A stretch of 59,628 nt of DNA, counting the filler, from Sphacelaria rigidula (lineage: Eukaryota), in assembly GCA_964200075.2 (NCBI GenBank). It is 6 parts of 6 records of this genome, joined end to end, with 100 filler letters (N's around TTAATTAATTAA, not from the genome) between each part and the next. Parts side by side here need not be neighbours in the genome. Positions count along the whole stretch, not along the records: positions 19,913 to 29,767 come from CAXNAA020007627.1; positions 29,868 to 39,722 come from CAXNAA020007628.1; 4 more parts are not named here. The stretch is one strand, 5' to 3'. Position 1 is the stretch's first letter. Each line of letters opens with the position of its first letter. The notes under the pieces were generated by a model. That model was not told the DNA's origin. It saw only the letters and a list, made by a program, of their open reading frames with translations, and made no database searches. Below, piece after piece: positions 26,480-39,324 of this stretch. The position numbers and the translations under genes were made by a program.

Positions 26480-26527
26480 ATCGAAGGCCAGATGTTCACG
26501 CAGGTTGAAAAATGCGGTGGTTCTTAA
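26480..26527 (+). CDS. Candidate terminal exon E (IEGQMFTQVEKCGGS*)
   Basis: Strong acceptor ttttttgtccag|, phase 0, stop TAA. Confidence 0.4.
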   Translation: MEGQMFTQVEKCGGS

Positions 26528-29237
26528 AGTGGTCGTTGATCCAACATGTCTGCACTGGTACGTAAACGTCGCAACAAGGCGGCACAACACGTACACACCG
26601 AGCTCAAAAGCAAATGACGCACACCCAACACTCACGCGCATTAGCTCTAGCCCTAGCCCTTGCTCGTCTATTCGACCGTTGATTGTTTGACGAAAACTTG
26701 GTTTGTATTCGAGGAAGGGCGGAGGCGTGCGCGCAATTTTCCATCCCAAAATCTACTGGTTGTGACCCTTTGTGTGCGTATGTTGGGCGCGTGGCTCACA
26801 CTAATCATCGTTTTTCATTGAATTCTGAACACTTTGTGCAAGGTCACGCACAACGCTCTCAGTTGATGAGCGGCTACGGCCCGAGCTGTGCGGTTTTGCT
26901 TTGCAGGAGCGTGTAGGTTTTCGGGCTCACGTCTGCTTGTGTTGGGTTGTATCAAGCCTTTCCATGTGCCCCCGTCAACGGGACATCTATGTTCCTCTTT
27001 GGGGTGGAGACAAGATTGTTTCCGCAGAAACTATTTTGGGGTACATCGTTTGAGGGATGATGTCGCAGCGATCAATGACCGGTCATTTTGAGAAAGAGAT
27101 TTTGAGAATAACGACCAATCCTTTCCGATAAGGAGAGCCCTTATTAGCGCTGGTGCGGTAAATTTCCTTGTGCGGGCATGTCTCCGAAAGCTTCCTACGC
27201 CGTCTCAAAGCTGCGGGCAGTAGCAATCGTAGGACGTGAAATGATAGCTACCTCGCTTGGCTCAACTTCGTTTTATAACCTCCGACTCCGTGTGCGTGAA
27301 CAGAGTATCCCCGACAAGCAATAAGCGACGGCGTCAGTTCATCCATGTGAAGTCGCTCGCTTCTGTTGATAGTCAACCCAAACTCTCTTAGAAGTTTGCT
27401 GATTCCGCACTGCCATGTTCTGTCGCGCATATCCCCGTCTCCTCTTGTACAAACCGCTGTTTGATCCAGGAAGTGCTGGAGTTTTCGTCCGAGACTACTT
27501 CTCCCGGCGAATTCAGCGAGGCGGGCACTTAGCAAGTAGGCTTGATCCTACTCTGCATGTGTTCGGTACCTCTTCCGGCACTCTTCCGTAATTGGTGTCG
27601 TTGTTCCTGTACTATTGTGTAAAAAATTTGGTGTATGCGTAAGCAGCGCTACAGGTGGCACGCACGGGTTTTTGCGGTAGATTCGACCTTTCGGGCCTTT
27701 TCATCCTGGACGTCGCCGGCGTTGATCCCAGACATGGCACGACTTCAACGGATCGACGACCACGAATTGATTCGTGTTGCTTTGCGAATTTTGTCGAGTT
27801 TCGGGTGAGAAACCACGCGTAGTCAAATTATGTATATTTGTAAAAGCTGTACATATTGCAGTTGTGGAAAGATATTCAGTTCGATATGAAGTCTTGTCGC
27901 TGTCTGTTGTTCTTGATGTGTAGGTGTTCCGTGCTGAATTTACCAGTTTAAAGACGATAGTGAATTTGTTTTCAAATTTGTTAAGAGCGTGCGATTGTGA
28001 TGTAATTTTTAGACACGCGCGGAGCTTCGGGATATGCGGTAGATCCCACTTTGCAGTAGTGCACCAGCCGTGTAGTGTATATGCAGACCTGTTTCTCTTA
28101 GAAGTGTCACTTGTAAATGGACGCCAGATCGTAGATGCTCCCGGTACGGGCTAATTGCCAAAACCTTATCCGCTGAGTGTTCCCTACTCGGAACGTCCAG
28201 CCAAGTGAACGCATATTTCGATGATGATGAGATGTGGTCATGCTACAGCACCGTCACACCGGAGTCAGTGCTAGCTGTCAGTGTTGGCGTTTCCTTCTAT
28301 TGTCGCCGAGGTGTCGCGGCAAATAAAGACGACTGAGTGGCGGCCTAGTGTACATCACATGTATCACACGCTGCGTTGACTTGCCGTCAAACATGTTGGT
28401 GTAAATACCGTGAGAGTCAAACTTGTGGGTGCACAAAACATGGTTGAGATCAGGGTTGGAGCTCAGAAGTATTCATTTTACGCATATCAGAGCTATCCCG
28501 CGGTGAGGAGATGGTGTTCAGATCTAATTGCTGCCCAAACCAACCACTTTATGACAAATTTTGCTTGGTGTAGCTATCGTAGATTGTTCTTCTTGATGTC
28601 AATACTCAGCGACATATCGGTAGCTTGACGACTGACAACGCTTCACTACCCACAAGGAAATGCACGTGAGCATTGATTCTATCATTTTTTTGTAAAATAG
28701 GGGAGCTTTTCGTACCTGTACCATTACAAGGACCGAATTGCTACAAGCAGTCAGTGCGACAATGAATTGTCTGCGCTTCTTTCAGCTCCTACAGACTACG
28801 CTGCTTGAAAGCGAGTTCAACAACGTATCTCAGATAAGACCTTTCTCGTCAGTGTTTGGCGGTGTGGATCACAAATGAAACGAAACGTGGTGAATAATGG
28901 AACGCCCTTGTTCCTGGTGGAACTATATCTCGCCTCAGCTTGTGATGTCCTCCTCACAGTCGAATTTTTGAAAGGAACACATACCCCTCCCCATGCGCCC
29001 CGATTGTGCAACAGATAACCTCACAGGTTACAATATGTCAGCCCCCATGTGGGTCACGCCAGAAGCAGCTAAGTCATCGCCAGAGGTATCTTTTTTCACT
29101 CCGCACGCCAAGAAAGTTCTGATGTCACAAAGCGAATTTGGTTTCTGCTGCGGGTAAAACTTCGACTAGTCGGTTTTTTGCGACTCCATTTTCGCAACAT
29201 TTTTTTTGCCATATTTTCCCACTCCAAGGCTACTTAT

Positions 29238-29679
29238 GTATAAAAAAATCAAACTTGTTGAAAAGTGCATTTTTGGCCCTTCTCCGTCGTTTTTCCGGCG
29301 AAAAGAGGGCTAGGCGGTTGTTAACACCTTGGAATGACTTGCTCTACTCGCTGAGGCCATTCCAAAGCACCTTTGCGTTTTCCGTAGGTCACACTTTCGT
29401 TTTTGGCCAAACTTCCATTAATTCAATAACAAACGATCAAGCTATAAAAAAACAGGGGAGAAACTGACATTTTTTTGGTAACTTGACTGTTACTGAAAAT
29501 GGAAGTTTGGTCAAAAACAGAACCATGACCTACAGAGAACGCAAAGGTGCTCTGGAACGGTCTCAGCGAGTAGACCAAGTCATTCCAAGGTGTCAACATC
29601 CGCCTAGCTCTCTTTTCGGGAGAAAAACGATGGAGAAGGGCCAAAAATGCACTTTTCGAAAAGTTTTATTTCTTGATAC
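29238..29679. repeat. Foldback element, ~180-bp inverted arms
   Basis: 29238-29419 matches rc of 29498-29679; opposite-strand ORFs translate to near-identical peptides. Confidence 0.9.
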
Positions 29680-29767
29680 TGTGGCGAAATCACGCCGTAA
29701 CGGTTGAGTATATATTGGATCCTGGATGATGACCAGGGGGCAAGGGCATCCTGTAGATGATGACCCT

Positions 29768-29867
29768 NNNNNNNNNNNNNNNNNNNNNNNNNNNNNNNNN
29801 NNNNNNNNNNNTTAATTAATTAANNNNNNNNNNNNNNNNNNNNNNNNNNNNNNNNNNNNNNNNNNNN
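29768..29867. other. Artificial contig linker
   Basis: N44-ttaattaattaa-N44. Confidence 0.98.
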
Positions 29868-29937
29868 GGGAATCGAACCCCACTACTCAACCGTGAGGAG
29901 GTTACGAGGTTACCAACTGAGCCACCGGGGCGACCGG
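29868..29937 (-). mobile_element. tRNA-derived SINE head, cut by contig edge
   Basis: rc ccggtcgccccggtggctcagttggt (A box) ... gggttcgattccc (B box); homologous to the 43992 and 50205 heads. Confidence 0.75.
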
Positions 29938-30663
29938 CCTATTAGAATATACAGTATTTTCTGCGATATTCGTGTCCACGTCTAGGTGTGTGCACTGTGC
30001 GGTCATGTACTCGCCTCTGTAATAGCATCCCCACGGTCATTGTAGTACGACAATGCTTCAGAAATAAATGTTGATTGTGTACACAGAACACTTTGGAGTA
30101 TGACATATGTCGGGTAAAATAACTTGGTTCAACTGGTTACAAAAACAATCAGTTAACTGGTACAACTGTAACGGGTCAGTTAAACTGACAGCCAGTTCAC
30201 AACTCTAACTTTGCGATAACTGTACCGCGCGGTTGAAGGGCAATGTACCCGCGACGCTCACATGGTTTTCCAGTGATTTGGAAAGCAAACATCCTCTGTA
30301 TTTGGTGGGCTCGGATAGCTTGAATCGGGGGCCGTTCTCAGAATCTGCGCCGTGTGTGTTCTGTTGCGAATTGCTGCACCATTTCCCCGCGATTGCGGTA
30401 GAGTATGGTGCGATGATGTTGTGTATCACATTTGTCTGGCGCAGTCGTGTTGGCTCCCAAGAGAAGGCAAATGGCGATTAACCGTTTTGGTGCTGGGCCT
30501 CCAGAACGACCAATGGGGCTGGTTAGGAATGACGTGTCTTGTTTATATATGCATGAAAGAGTGGCTTCATGTTGCTAAAAATCCACGGGTGTATGTAACC
30601 GCAGGGTTAGAGGAAGACCAAAAGTTTCATTCAATCTATTTTCAGGTGCAGGTACAAACTGTC

Positions 30664-31938
30664 CACACGTAAGACAGGTCATGAGCTAGCTCATCTGCCG
30701 GCGGTAGCTCACTTGTAGTAAAAAATATACATGTGAGCTACGTCCGATAGCTCAACACAAGGTAAACGTGTGCTGATGAGCTACGAGTTGATAGCTCACC
30801 TAGGGGAAACATGCGTAGCTCATGAGCTCTCATAGCTCACCCAGGGCGAATATGAGCTGATGAGCTACGAGTTGGTAGCTCACCCAGGGGAAACATGCGT
30901 GGCTCATACAGCTCTCATAGCTCACCAAGGGCGAATATGAGCTGATAAGCTACGGGTTGGTAGCTCACCCAGGGCAAACATGCGTAGCTCATGCAGCTCT
31001 CATAGCTCACTTAGAGCGAATATGAGCTGATGAGCTACGGGTTGATAGCCCACCCAGAGAAAACATGCGCGGATGAGCTACGTCCGGTAGCTCACCTAAG
31101 GCAAACATGCGTAGCTCACCCAGCTCTTGTAGCTCACTTCGGAAAAACATGTGTAGCTCACGCAGCTCTCACAGCTCACCCAGGGAAAATATATGAGGAT
31201 GAGCTACGCTCGATAGCTCGCCCAAGGCCAGCATGTGCAGCTAGCTAGAGCTGCTGCCCCCCGCGGTCGCCGTGCAGGGCAAATTGTGTGTGTATGTGGT
31301 GGCTATGATGCGGATGACTTCTGATGCAGCCATGTTGATTATTGATGTTTACAAAAAGTAAATACATCGCTACACGAAACGGAACAGGTGTGTGCACATC
31401 TAACCGTTGTCACGTACGTACAATATCAACGTGCATGAGCATCGGAACAGATACAACTCCAAGATCGACGTAGCTACCGTAGCTCTTTAGCTCAACCAGT
31501 GCAATCAGGCGTAGCTCCCGTAGCTCTCATAGCTCATCCAGGGCAAACATGTGAAGCTCATGCATCCCTCATAGCTCATCCAAGGCAAACATGTAAAGCT
31601 CATGCATCTCTCATAGCTCATCCGGGGCAAACATACGTAGCTCATGCAACTCTCATAGCTCACCCAGGGCGAATATGAGCTGATGAGCTATGGGTCGGTA
31701 GCTCATCCAGGGGAATCATGCGTAGCTCATGCAGCTCTCATAGCTCACCCAGGACGAATCTGAGCTGATGAGCTACGGGTTGGTAGCTCATCCAGGGGAA
31801 GCATGCGTAGTTCATACAGCTCTCATAGCTCACCCCAGGAAAAACATGCGCAGCTCATGTAACTCTCATAGCTCATTAGGGACCTACTCTAAAGAAGAGC
31901 TAGCTCGAGCTATGGGGAGCTGATCTGTCCGACGTGTG
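30664..31938. mobile_element. hAT-type element with AGCT-rich subterminal arrays (85-bp higher-order unit)
   Basis: Perfect 8-bp TSD aaactgtc (30656-30663; 31939-31946). TIR cacacgtaagacaggtca / cacacgtcggacagatca. gcgaatatgagctgat recurs at 30846, 30931 and 31016. Confidence 0.9.
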
Positions 31939-32442
31939 AAACTGTCTGTACTATTATTCGGGTGCCGTGCGCATCAGGTAGTGTACGTCTGATGTATCAA
32001 GCAGTATGAGTCGCCGTGGGGAGCTTCCAACAGGATGTGGCAACCGCCGCCCGCCACTTGTGGCCTTGGATGTTGTCCCCATCATCTTGCCACACAGCCC
32101 TTTGTGGTCGGGGTGGGTCGCGATTTCCCTCTTTGTCGCAAGCGGCAAATTCTTATCGAACGGCATGGGCGTTCCGCCGCTGATACAGTACAGTACGTCT
32201 CTTCGAATGTAGCAGCAGCTGCCGCTGCATACTCCCTCACATGTTCTGGGCAGTTCTCCGCGACGAAGATGAACTGCCTCTACGCAGCTTGTTCGTTCCC
32301 GTCGATTACATACGACCTCACCACCGCTCGTACCGTCTCAACAGAGGGGAGGGCAGAACTCATGCGTCTAGCTCCGTCGCTCGTCCCACAGCGTCGCTAC
32401 ATTCAGTCGCCTTGTGAACATGACCACATATATAGTAGGGTG

Positions 32443-32580
32443 CACACCCTGGACAATAGATTATTTTGTCAAAAAATGTACTGCGTACAGTATCGAATCT
32501 ATTGTCTATTGCAATAGGCGCAACAGTCGATACTGTACGCAGTAAACTTTTTGACTGTGTATTCTGTTGTCCAGGGTATG
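32443..32580. mobile_element. 138-bp hAT-type MITE
   Basis: TIR cacaccctggacaa / ttgtccagggtatg; perfect TSD gtagggtg; same family as 8635-8780. Confidence 0.9.
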
Positions 32581-33663
32581 GTAGGGTGCATTTATTCCCG
32601 AAGTTCCCCCGAACACTACGTGTTCGTCTTATCAACTTGGTTTTACTATAGGATGGTGACCCCCAAGAATCAGGGATGTTAGGTCGTACCTATATAAAAT
32701 GCAAGTAAATGATGAAAGAAGTCGGGAATCCGAGCCCCGACCACGTGGGCTTTATTTTGCGTCGAAGGCTTTTTTGTGGGCCAGGGACAGGGTACACCAA
32801 CTTTGCAGTCACATCACTGCCGGCGACAGCCCCCCTCCACTGGCCGTTCGGATGTGGTCGATGAATTTCGCCTCGCCGTCATCGGGCATGTAGCTCCCAG
32901 ACTTGGTATTATTATTTTACTAATGCATGGTGAACCTCTGGTGAACCTCTTGTTAGTGAACTTCAGTCCCAAAAGGGTTAACGCTAGGGGAGGTCGGGGG
33001 AGGGGGGAGGGGAGGGGGGGAAGGGCTCCTCAGCATTCACGGAGCCACGGAGAAGAAAGTAGGGGGCGAATTGCGATCTAGACATTTGCCTCCTCGAATT
33101 CTACCTCTCCCCGGCAACCACCGGACTCACGCGCCTTCCACAACTGTCAGCAGCAGCTTTCAACTACAGAAAGGGGAGTTGAAAACTTGACCCCCATCCC
33201 CCTCCCCGTTCTTTTGGCTCCGGACTCCCACTAACGAGAGATGGACCCCTGGTCTGCGCGCACAGGTCATTTGTGAATCGGCAACTTTCTCACTCTTTTT
33301 CAAGTGAAAATGATGCCGATTAATATAACGCCCTCACCACTGATTAGTCCGCTCCGGTCCCAAAAGGGTCAATGCTGCGCAACAGTGGATCCTCTCTTGG
33401 TGTGTCCCAATAGCCCCCTGGTCGGTAGGGGGGTGGTAAAATAACGGCTTGGCGGCGAGATACGGTTACGATCAGCCACCTTGTACCGGAATTTAGCCCT
33501 AGTTTTGATTGCTACATACATGACTGCTTTTGACTCAGCGTCCCCTCAGCGCTCAGACATTTCAGCTAATAAAAAAGAAACATGTTTTTGTGGAACCGCC
33601 AAAAGACAGCAGCCATTTTTAGTCAAGAATCTCATTGTCCTAGGGGTGCAAGTAGACGTGTGA

Positions 33664-33763
33664 CCCTTACACCGCGAGGAGGGTAGTCCATCTGGATCAC
33701 TGATATTTTTTCAAGTGAAATTGATGCCGGTTCAACAGGTGAACTACTGTCGCCGTCTAAGGG
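33664..33763. mobile_element. ~100-bp mini-MITE
   Basis: Inverted ends ccctta / taaggg. Core ttcaagtgaaattgatgccg is shared with ~33265-33370 and, as rc, ~48960-49060. Confidence 0.6.
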
Positions 33764-33815
33764 TCGAATTATCGTTGTGTGTTTTTCATGCCTGTGCCGC
33801 CCCCTCCTCACAAAG

Positions 33816-33977
33816 ATCGGAGGTTTCCTCTTCAACGAGAAGACCGAGTGGGCCACTTCGAGAGAGCTCCATGGCCTCGCCGCCCTCACCTTCAACGAGG
33901 AGTCGTGCGCTGGAGTAATGAACATTATCAGCAAGGCGTTGGAACCCAAGGATAACACCTGGCGGACCCTCCACAAG
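33816..33977 (+). CDS. ENTH (epsin N-terminal homology) domain protein, exon A
   Basis: aag|IGGFLFNEKTEWATSRELHGLAALTFNEESCAGVMNIISKALEPKDNTWRTLHK|gtgcga, resembling epsin ...IADLTYN...IWKRL...NWRHVYK; phase 0/0. Confidence 0.8.
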
Positions 33978-34242
33978 GTGCGATTGTCGTTTAGGACCCC
34001 AGTGAAGCTGTCTCTTCCGTTTTGGGGCTGTGGGGTTGGTGTTCAGGCGTGGGCTTAGGCTCAAGCCCTTTCGGACCAGGCCCCCAGAACGACCAATGAG
34101 GCTGGTGAGGAATGACGTGTCTGGCGTCTGCACGAAACTGTGGTTTCATGTCGCTGAAAATCCGCGTTATGTAATTGCAGAGGTATGAGGAAGACCGAAA
34201 GTTTCATCCCATCTATTTTCAGGTCCAGGGTGTGCATAAGGG

Positions 34243-34468
34243 TACACAAAATACGACTTCATCGTCGACGAGGGAAAGGGACTGCTGAACCCTTCTCGCG
34301 TTGAAATAAAAAGAAGACAAGCACCGTAGAAGGAAGGTGGAGTACCAAAAACAAACAAAAAATGGGAAAGTCCAGTGTTCGTCTTCCTCCTGTGTGACCC
34401 CGGCTGGTGCGCCCAACTATACCGAAAGGTGTAGACCGGCGTCCAGAATAGATGGGACGACAACACAC
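34243..34468 (+). mobile_element. 5'-truncated SINE nested in piggyBac-like copy 2
   Basis: gtcgacgagggaaagggac...tgtgtgaccccggct...ggcgtccagaatagatgggacgacaacacac matches the 3' body of 43633-43992 (rc). Confidence 0.75.
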
Positions 34469-35218
34469 AAGGTGATAATGTACGTCTGATGTAGCAAGCA
34501 GTATGGCTCGCCGTAGAGAGCTTGTGGTAGGTTGCAGCGACCGGCGGCCCGCCCGCCACTCGTGGCTTTGGATGATATCATTGTCCCCATCACCTTGCCA
34601 CACAGCCCGTTGTGGTGGGCGTGGGCCGCGATTTCCCTCTTCGTTGCAAGCGGCAAATTCTCTCCGAAGGGTGTGAGCGTTGCGGCGCACATACATACAG
34701 TACAGTACAGTGCAGTACGCCTCTTCGACTGCAGCAGCAGCTGCCGCTGCATACTCCCTTGCACGTTCTGGGCAGTTCTCAGCTACGGAGATCAGCTGCC
34801 TATACACAGCTTGTTTGTCCCGGCCCACTACTCACATGTTCACTGCACACTGCAAGGCATCGGCAGAGGGATAGGCATAATTCATGACGATAGCTTCTTT
34901 TGTCTATCCACGGCCCACCTGGGTTCAGTGCCTCGTGAAAATGACCATATTGCGGCATGTACACTTCTTCCCACTTTTCCCCCCTCCACCCTGTCTCAGT
35001 CTAATTACTACGTTTTAGTATATGCTGGCCACCCAGAAAAACTCCCGGGAAATCCCGGGAACGCTATATTTAGTGCAAATGATACGAGAAGCCATTCCCC
35101 CTGTGCATCCGGGATTTGCATACCTGGGAAGGCTTATCTGGACCAGGGATGGGGCCCCCACACGATCTTTGCAGTGATACCACACTCGGTAACAGTCCCC
35201 GCGCTGGTCGATCAGTTT

Positions 35219-38155
35219 CAGGGCTCTACACTTCACACGTTCACGTCCACGTTGTTTTCATCACGTATGTAGAATTTAACGTTCACGTTACATTTCGTTT
35301 GGCACGTTATTTTTTTTTTAACGTAACGTAAACGTTTCATTTGAAAATTTAACGTTACGTTTCGGTACATGTAACGTAATATGAACCGTTCATGGAACGT
35401 GTAACGTCCAATATAATGTTTCGTTGACACGTGCAACCTTAGATGTAACTTTTCACTCTGTGCATGTCGCGGCTCATTTACCAGTGTTTAAGGCGTTGTA
35501 ACGTGTCGTGCAACGCCTGACGTTACCGTGTACGTGACGCTGACGGTGGCCCGTGGTATGTTTCATCATAGGCGTATTTTCTGATTGTGTAACGTTACTT
35601 TATCTACGGTGTACTGTTCATTAGGTTTTGACCGTACTTTTTCCATATCTCCTCTTCTCGTTCCATCTTTTTGTTTTCATTTCTCAATTTTCAAATGCTT
35701 GGTCATTCGCACGGCAGCACATTAGGCATTAGCCCCGTCAGCCCGTTAAAAAATAAACTAAGCTCATTTTATTTTATTTTATAAGCTCTCCCCCCTTGTT
35801 TTATGCCCCACTTTAAGCTATTTTCAGCGAAAATATGCGTACTTTATGCGCCCGCTTCGCGTCCTTGTTGTGGCGTTGTGGCAGTATCCCCTCACGAGGC
35901 GCGCCTTCTAGCATAAGTTTAAAAAAATGTTTTTGATTGAAAAATGGGACTTTTCTCCGATCATTGAGTTTGAATGCCACCCCAAACCACCTATCGAAAC
36001 AACGTGTACGCACTACGTACACTCATGGTACATGATGCAGCAGTGGGTCATTGCAGCCTCTGGACACAGGGTACTGCAGCCTTTGGCCTCTCGCCCGGCA
36101 AGCTTCAAGCTACAAGCTATCGCCCCCGCCCTCCCCCATCATCTACCATCAGTCGACATTTGAAATCGTGTCAAACTTCCGGCTCCGATTGTACTTGAGC
36201 ATGACCGCGGCTTCGATCCGGTTACCTAACGCCCTCTCCTGGCGGGAATCCAAACACTCCCTCAAAACGGAAAAATACTCGCTCCATGAACGCGGACGAT
36301 GGCTAAATAATTACGATATCCATCGCCACGAGATATCAAGTGGGAAGCCTTGTTTTGTTATCGTCCCAGAACGACAGCAAACCGTAATTTGAGTGCGCGC
36401 CCGAGGCCGTGACCAAAAACTCATCCTTCTCGGACAAAAGGCCCGCCATGACCTCGGGGGTCACGAAGAAGGGGAAAACAGCAAGCTGGCGGACCCCCTC
36501 CCCTGTGTGGCCTGTAAGCTGCTCAATATACACGAAGTATATGAGCTAAAGCTGTAGGTTGTACGCTGCACAATGCACAGTGGGCCCCATGGCACAACTA
36601 CTGTACAACATATTGATTACATTTTTCAATTTCACATATTATCAAACATGTAAAACACAAACGGAAACGTTTTTCGGATCAGTCCCGCAACCATGGCAGT
36701 CTGGAGTATTGATTATTGAAGCCTGTCTAGTTACGAGTAATGAGTGACGAGTCATGCCATAGGCCTTAGGGAGCACTTTCAACCAGCTGATACACTGGCT
36801 GCAGGAGGCGCATGGAAAAATATTTCAATTTTATGTGCGTTTCGAGCACATTTTAAGCTTTTCAAACTTTTTAAGCTCTCTTTAAGCTTTTCCAAAAAAA
36901 TCTTATTTAAGGCCGAAAACCCCAAATCAAGCCAAACCTTGAGCGCGCTTACGGAGCTAATGCCTACAGCACATACATTACACACAACAGATCGTGGACA
37001 TGATTGAACGCCGGCTTGAGACGTCCCGGAATTTCGCAGACAAATCTACACCGGGTAACCTTGTTTATTCTATATGTGTATACATGTATACATGGACAGA
37101 TTAGACAGTTAATCATGGCCGTCAAAGGCAGGCGTACGCATGTATGCATGTATGTGTGTATTACAGGTTTACACCGCGGTCCACGCAATCAAGGCATTCA
37201 TCTAGCAGAAAAATTAAAAATTGTATCCCCCATGTGAGGGAAATATAATCCACCCACACTTTTATTATGACCGATATTGCGTCGTTTTTTTTTATTCGGG
37301 AGCCCACTTCTAAAAAATCTGATACGGTTAGGGGTCTTTGCAAACAAGGTAGAGGCTGCACGTGTACCGTAGTGCAGGTGGAAGTCATATCCTCTGCATC
37401 TGCATGTAGCCTTGAACCTTACAGTCGAGACGGTGTAGAAGTGAAGACATTGCCGACATCACCGCTACCAAATGCGAGCCTCCCTCCCGTTGTCGCGAAC
37501 AAATGGTTGACTACCTCGTACTGTACTACAATGCCGTGTGTGCATAGTACAGAGTGTTTGTATCCTTGTACTTCAACTGTCTGTTGTATTTGTAGAGTAC
37601 ACAGCAACCACTTCGTACTGTCCTGTGTTAACTACTATTGTCGTATTTGAAAGTACAGCAACCACCTCGTAGTCTACTGTGGTCGCAAGTACAGCCTGTA
37701 CTTGTAACCTTGCATTACCGCGCTTGCAGAGGACAGACAGCCTGTAGTCGGAAATACAGTAGTACGTTACAAATACAGCGTGCACTTGTACTGTGGTTGC
37801 AAAGTACAGCCTGTAATTGTAACCTCGTACTGTTAGCAAAATACACAACCTGTACTTGTACCGTTGTATAGTAATTACTTGGCTCCTAGGATTTCAAAAT
37901 TCATTGCAAACTTGAAGTGTGCACCGCTTTATGTAACGTGTTTATGACGTTTCATATTACAGTACGTGTTTTTAACGTTTGGGCAATTTAACGTTCACGC
38001 TGCGTTTCATTTGGCACGTTGAAAAAAATGAACGATACGTTAACTCTACGCTCACGCTGCGTTCATCACGTGAAAGAAAAATCAACGTTCACGTTACGTT
38101 TCGGCCAAGACATGAAACGTGTAACGTTGTGGCACCTGTAACGCGTAGACCCCCG
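35219..38155. mobile_element. hAT-type element with ACGT-rich subterminal blocks
   Basis: TIR cagggctctac / cgggggtctac; degenerate 8-bp TSD atcagttt / ataaattt. The uninterrupted site is seen at 56226-56250 (gtcgacgaatttcgcctcg). Both ends share aatttaacgttcacg...tttggcacgtt in direct orientation. Confidence 0.7.
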
Positions 38156-38396
38156 ATAAATTTCACCTTGCCGTGATTGGGCAGGTCACTCCCTGACTCA
38201 TTTTTTATTTCTTCACTAACACATGGTCAACCCCGTGTTAGTGGGGAGTCGGTCCCAAAAGGACAAAAAAGCTATAATGCAAGTAGTGTGCTCTGCTCGC
38301 GCAAGACTCCAACGATTTAATGTGCTAAGTCACGGCATGATATCATGCCCCGGAGCATTCGCATATTCGACGTTGTATTCTCCTTGTTGAAAGCAA

Positions 38397-38425
38397 AACA
38401 ACAACAACAACAACAACAACAACAA
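38397..38425. repeat. (AAC)n microsatellite
   Basis: About 9 units. Confidence 0.9.
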
Positions 38426-38745
38426 ACCCCCACACCGAACCCCCACACTCACAAATACTGTCCCAACTTGCCCTATTGACAGGGCCTGCGGTTTGCGGGA
38501 TAGACATTTGTGCGCGAAATAATGAATATTATATCATGTGAACAGCGGGCGCCTGTCACCTCGTTGCATTTGTTAATATATCGTGCATTGTGGTCGCTGC
38601 TCCATGATTCGACCGCGCAGCGCCGAAGTTTCACAAGCGGGATAATTTGAGTGACCTTTTCTCCCGCATACTGAACCAATGTGTGTTGTCGGTGCGATCC
38701 TGTGTCCTCCTCTTGTGGTTGTGTCCGGACGGATTAAAAAAACAG

Positions 38746-38823
38746 GCTGTGAGACTATTACACCATTTCGTTGTCTACGGTGCGGAGCGGTGCGTAGATC
38801 ACGCCTGGGATCGACAGAGGAAG
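38746..38823 (+). CDS. ENTH domain protein, exon B
   Basis: cag|AVRLLHHFVVYGAERCVDHAWDRQRK|gtgggc, cf. epsin AMTLMEYLIKTGSERV; phase 0/0. Confidence 0.8.
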
Positions 38824-39324
38824 GTGGGCGATGATAGAGGGCGCGGTAGCCGTGTTTCATTTTGCTTACGATAGCTTTAGCTCTTGTTTCGGGAACGGGG
38901 GAATATCGCGGGTTGGCGGGATGTGGTGACTTTGACGTCTTGCCGCGTCGTCGGGTATTATAATTGCCGCGAAGCAAGCTTTGCGGCCCTGCTGGCTGTG
39001 AAAACCATGCGCTGCCACCACCACACAACCGCTAGGGTGTGCCACGCCTCCGCTAGGGTGTGCCAGTCGATGCGCTAGTTCTCCCGGAAGACGTGCGGTG
39101 CTGTACGGATTGTCGACTCTTGGGGAGGAGGTTTCGCTTTTCGTGTGTCTTTTTTATCTCTTGTTTTTTCGCTGCTTTGACTCGGGCAGTTGGCATGCAT
39201 CGAACACAAGCGTGGATCTTTCTGCACGCCACACTTTTATTTTTATTTTTTGCGCAGTATACATCACAATCGTCTACACAAGTGCCCATCCACTCACCCG
39301 ATTTATGTTACGTACATCTCTAAG

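Larger units (their letters stand above)
30482..32977. mobile_element. piggyBac-like non-autonomous element carrying two nested hAT-type insertions
   Basis: TTAA at 30478-30481 and 32978-32981. Imperfect TIR ccgttttggtgctg / cccttttgggactg. Body homologous to 34065-38263 and 53670-56345. Confidence 0.75.
34065..38263. mobile_element. piggyBac-like element copy 2, in the ENTH intron, with nested insertions
   Basis: Ends gccctttcggacc ... ggtcccaaaagga; body collinear with the other two copies once inserts are removed. Confidence 0.7.

Noticed and set aside
30770..31880. CRISPR-like or centromeric satellite
   Set aside because: No spacers; bounded by TIR and TSD, so it is internal to a transposon.
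34259..35272. 189- and 246-aa ORFs as genes
   Set aside because: They lie in the piggyBac-like/SINE repeat stack, and their frames are not conserved in the other two copies.
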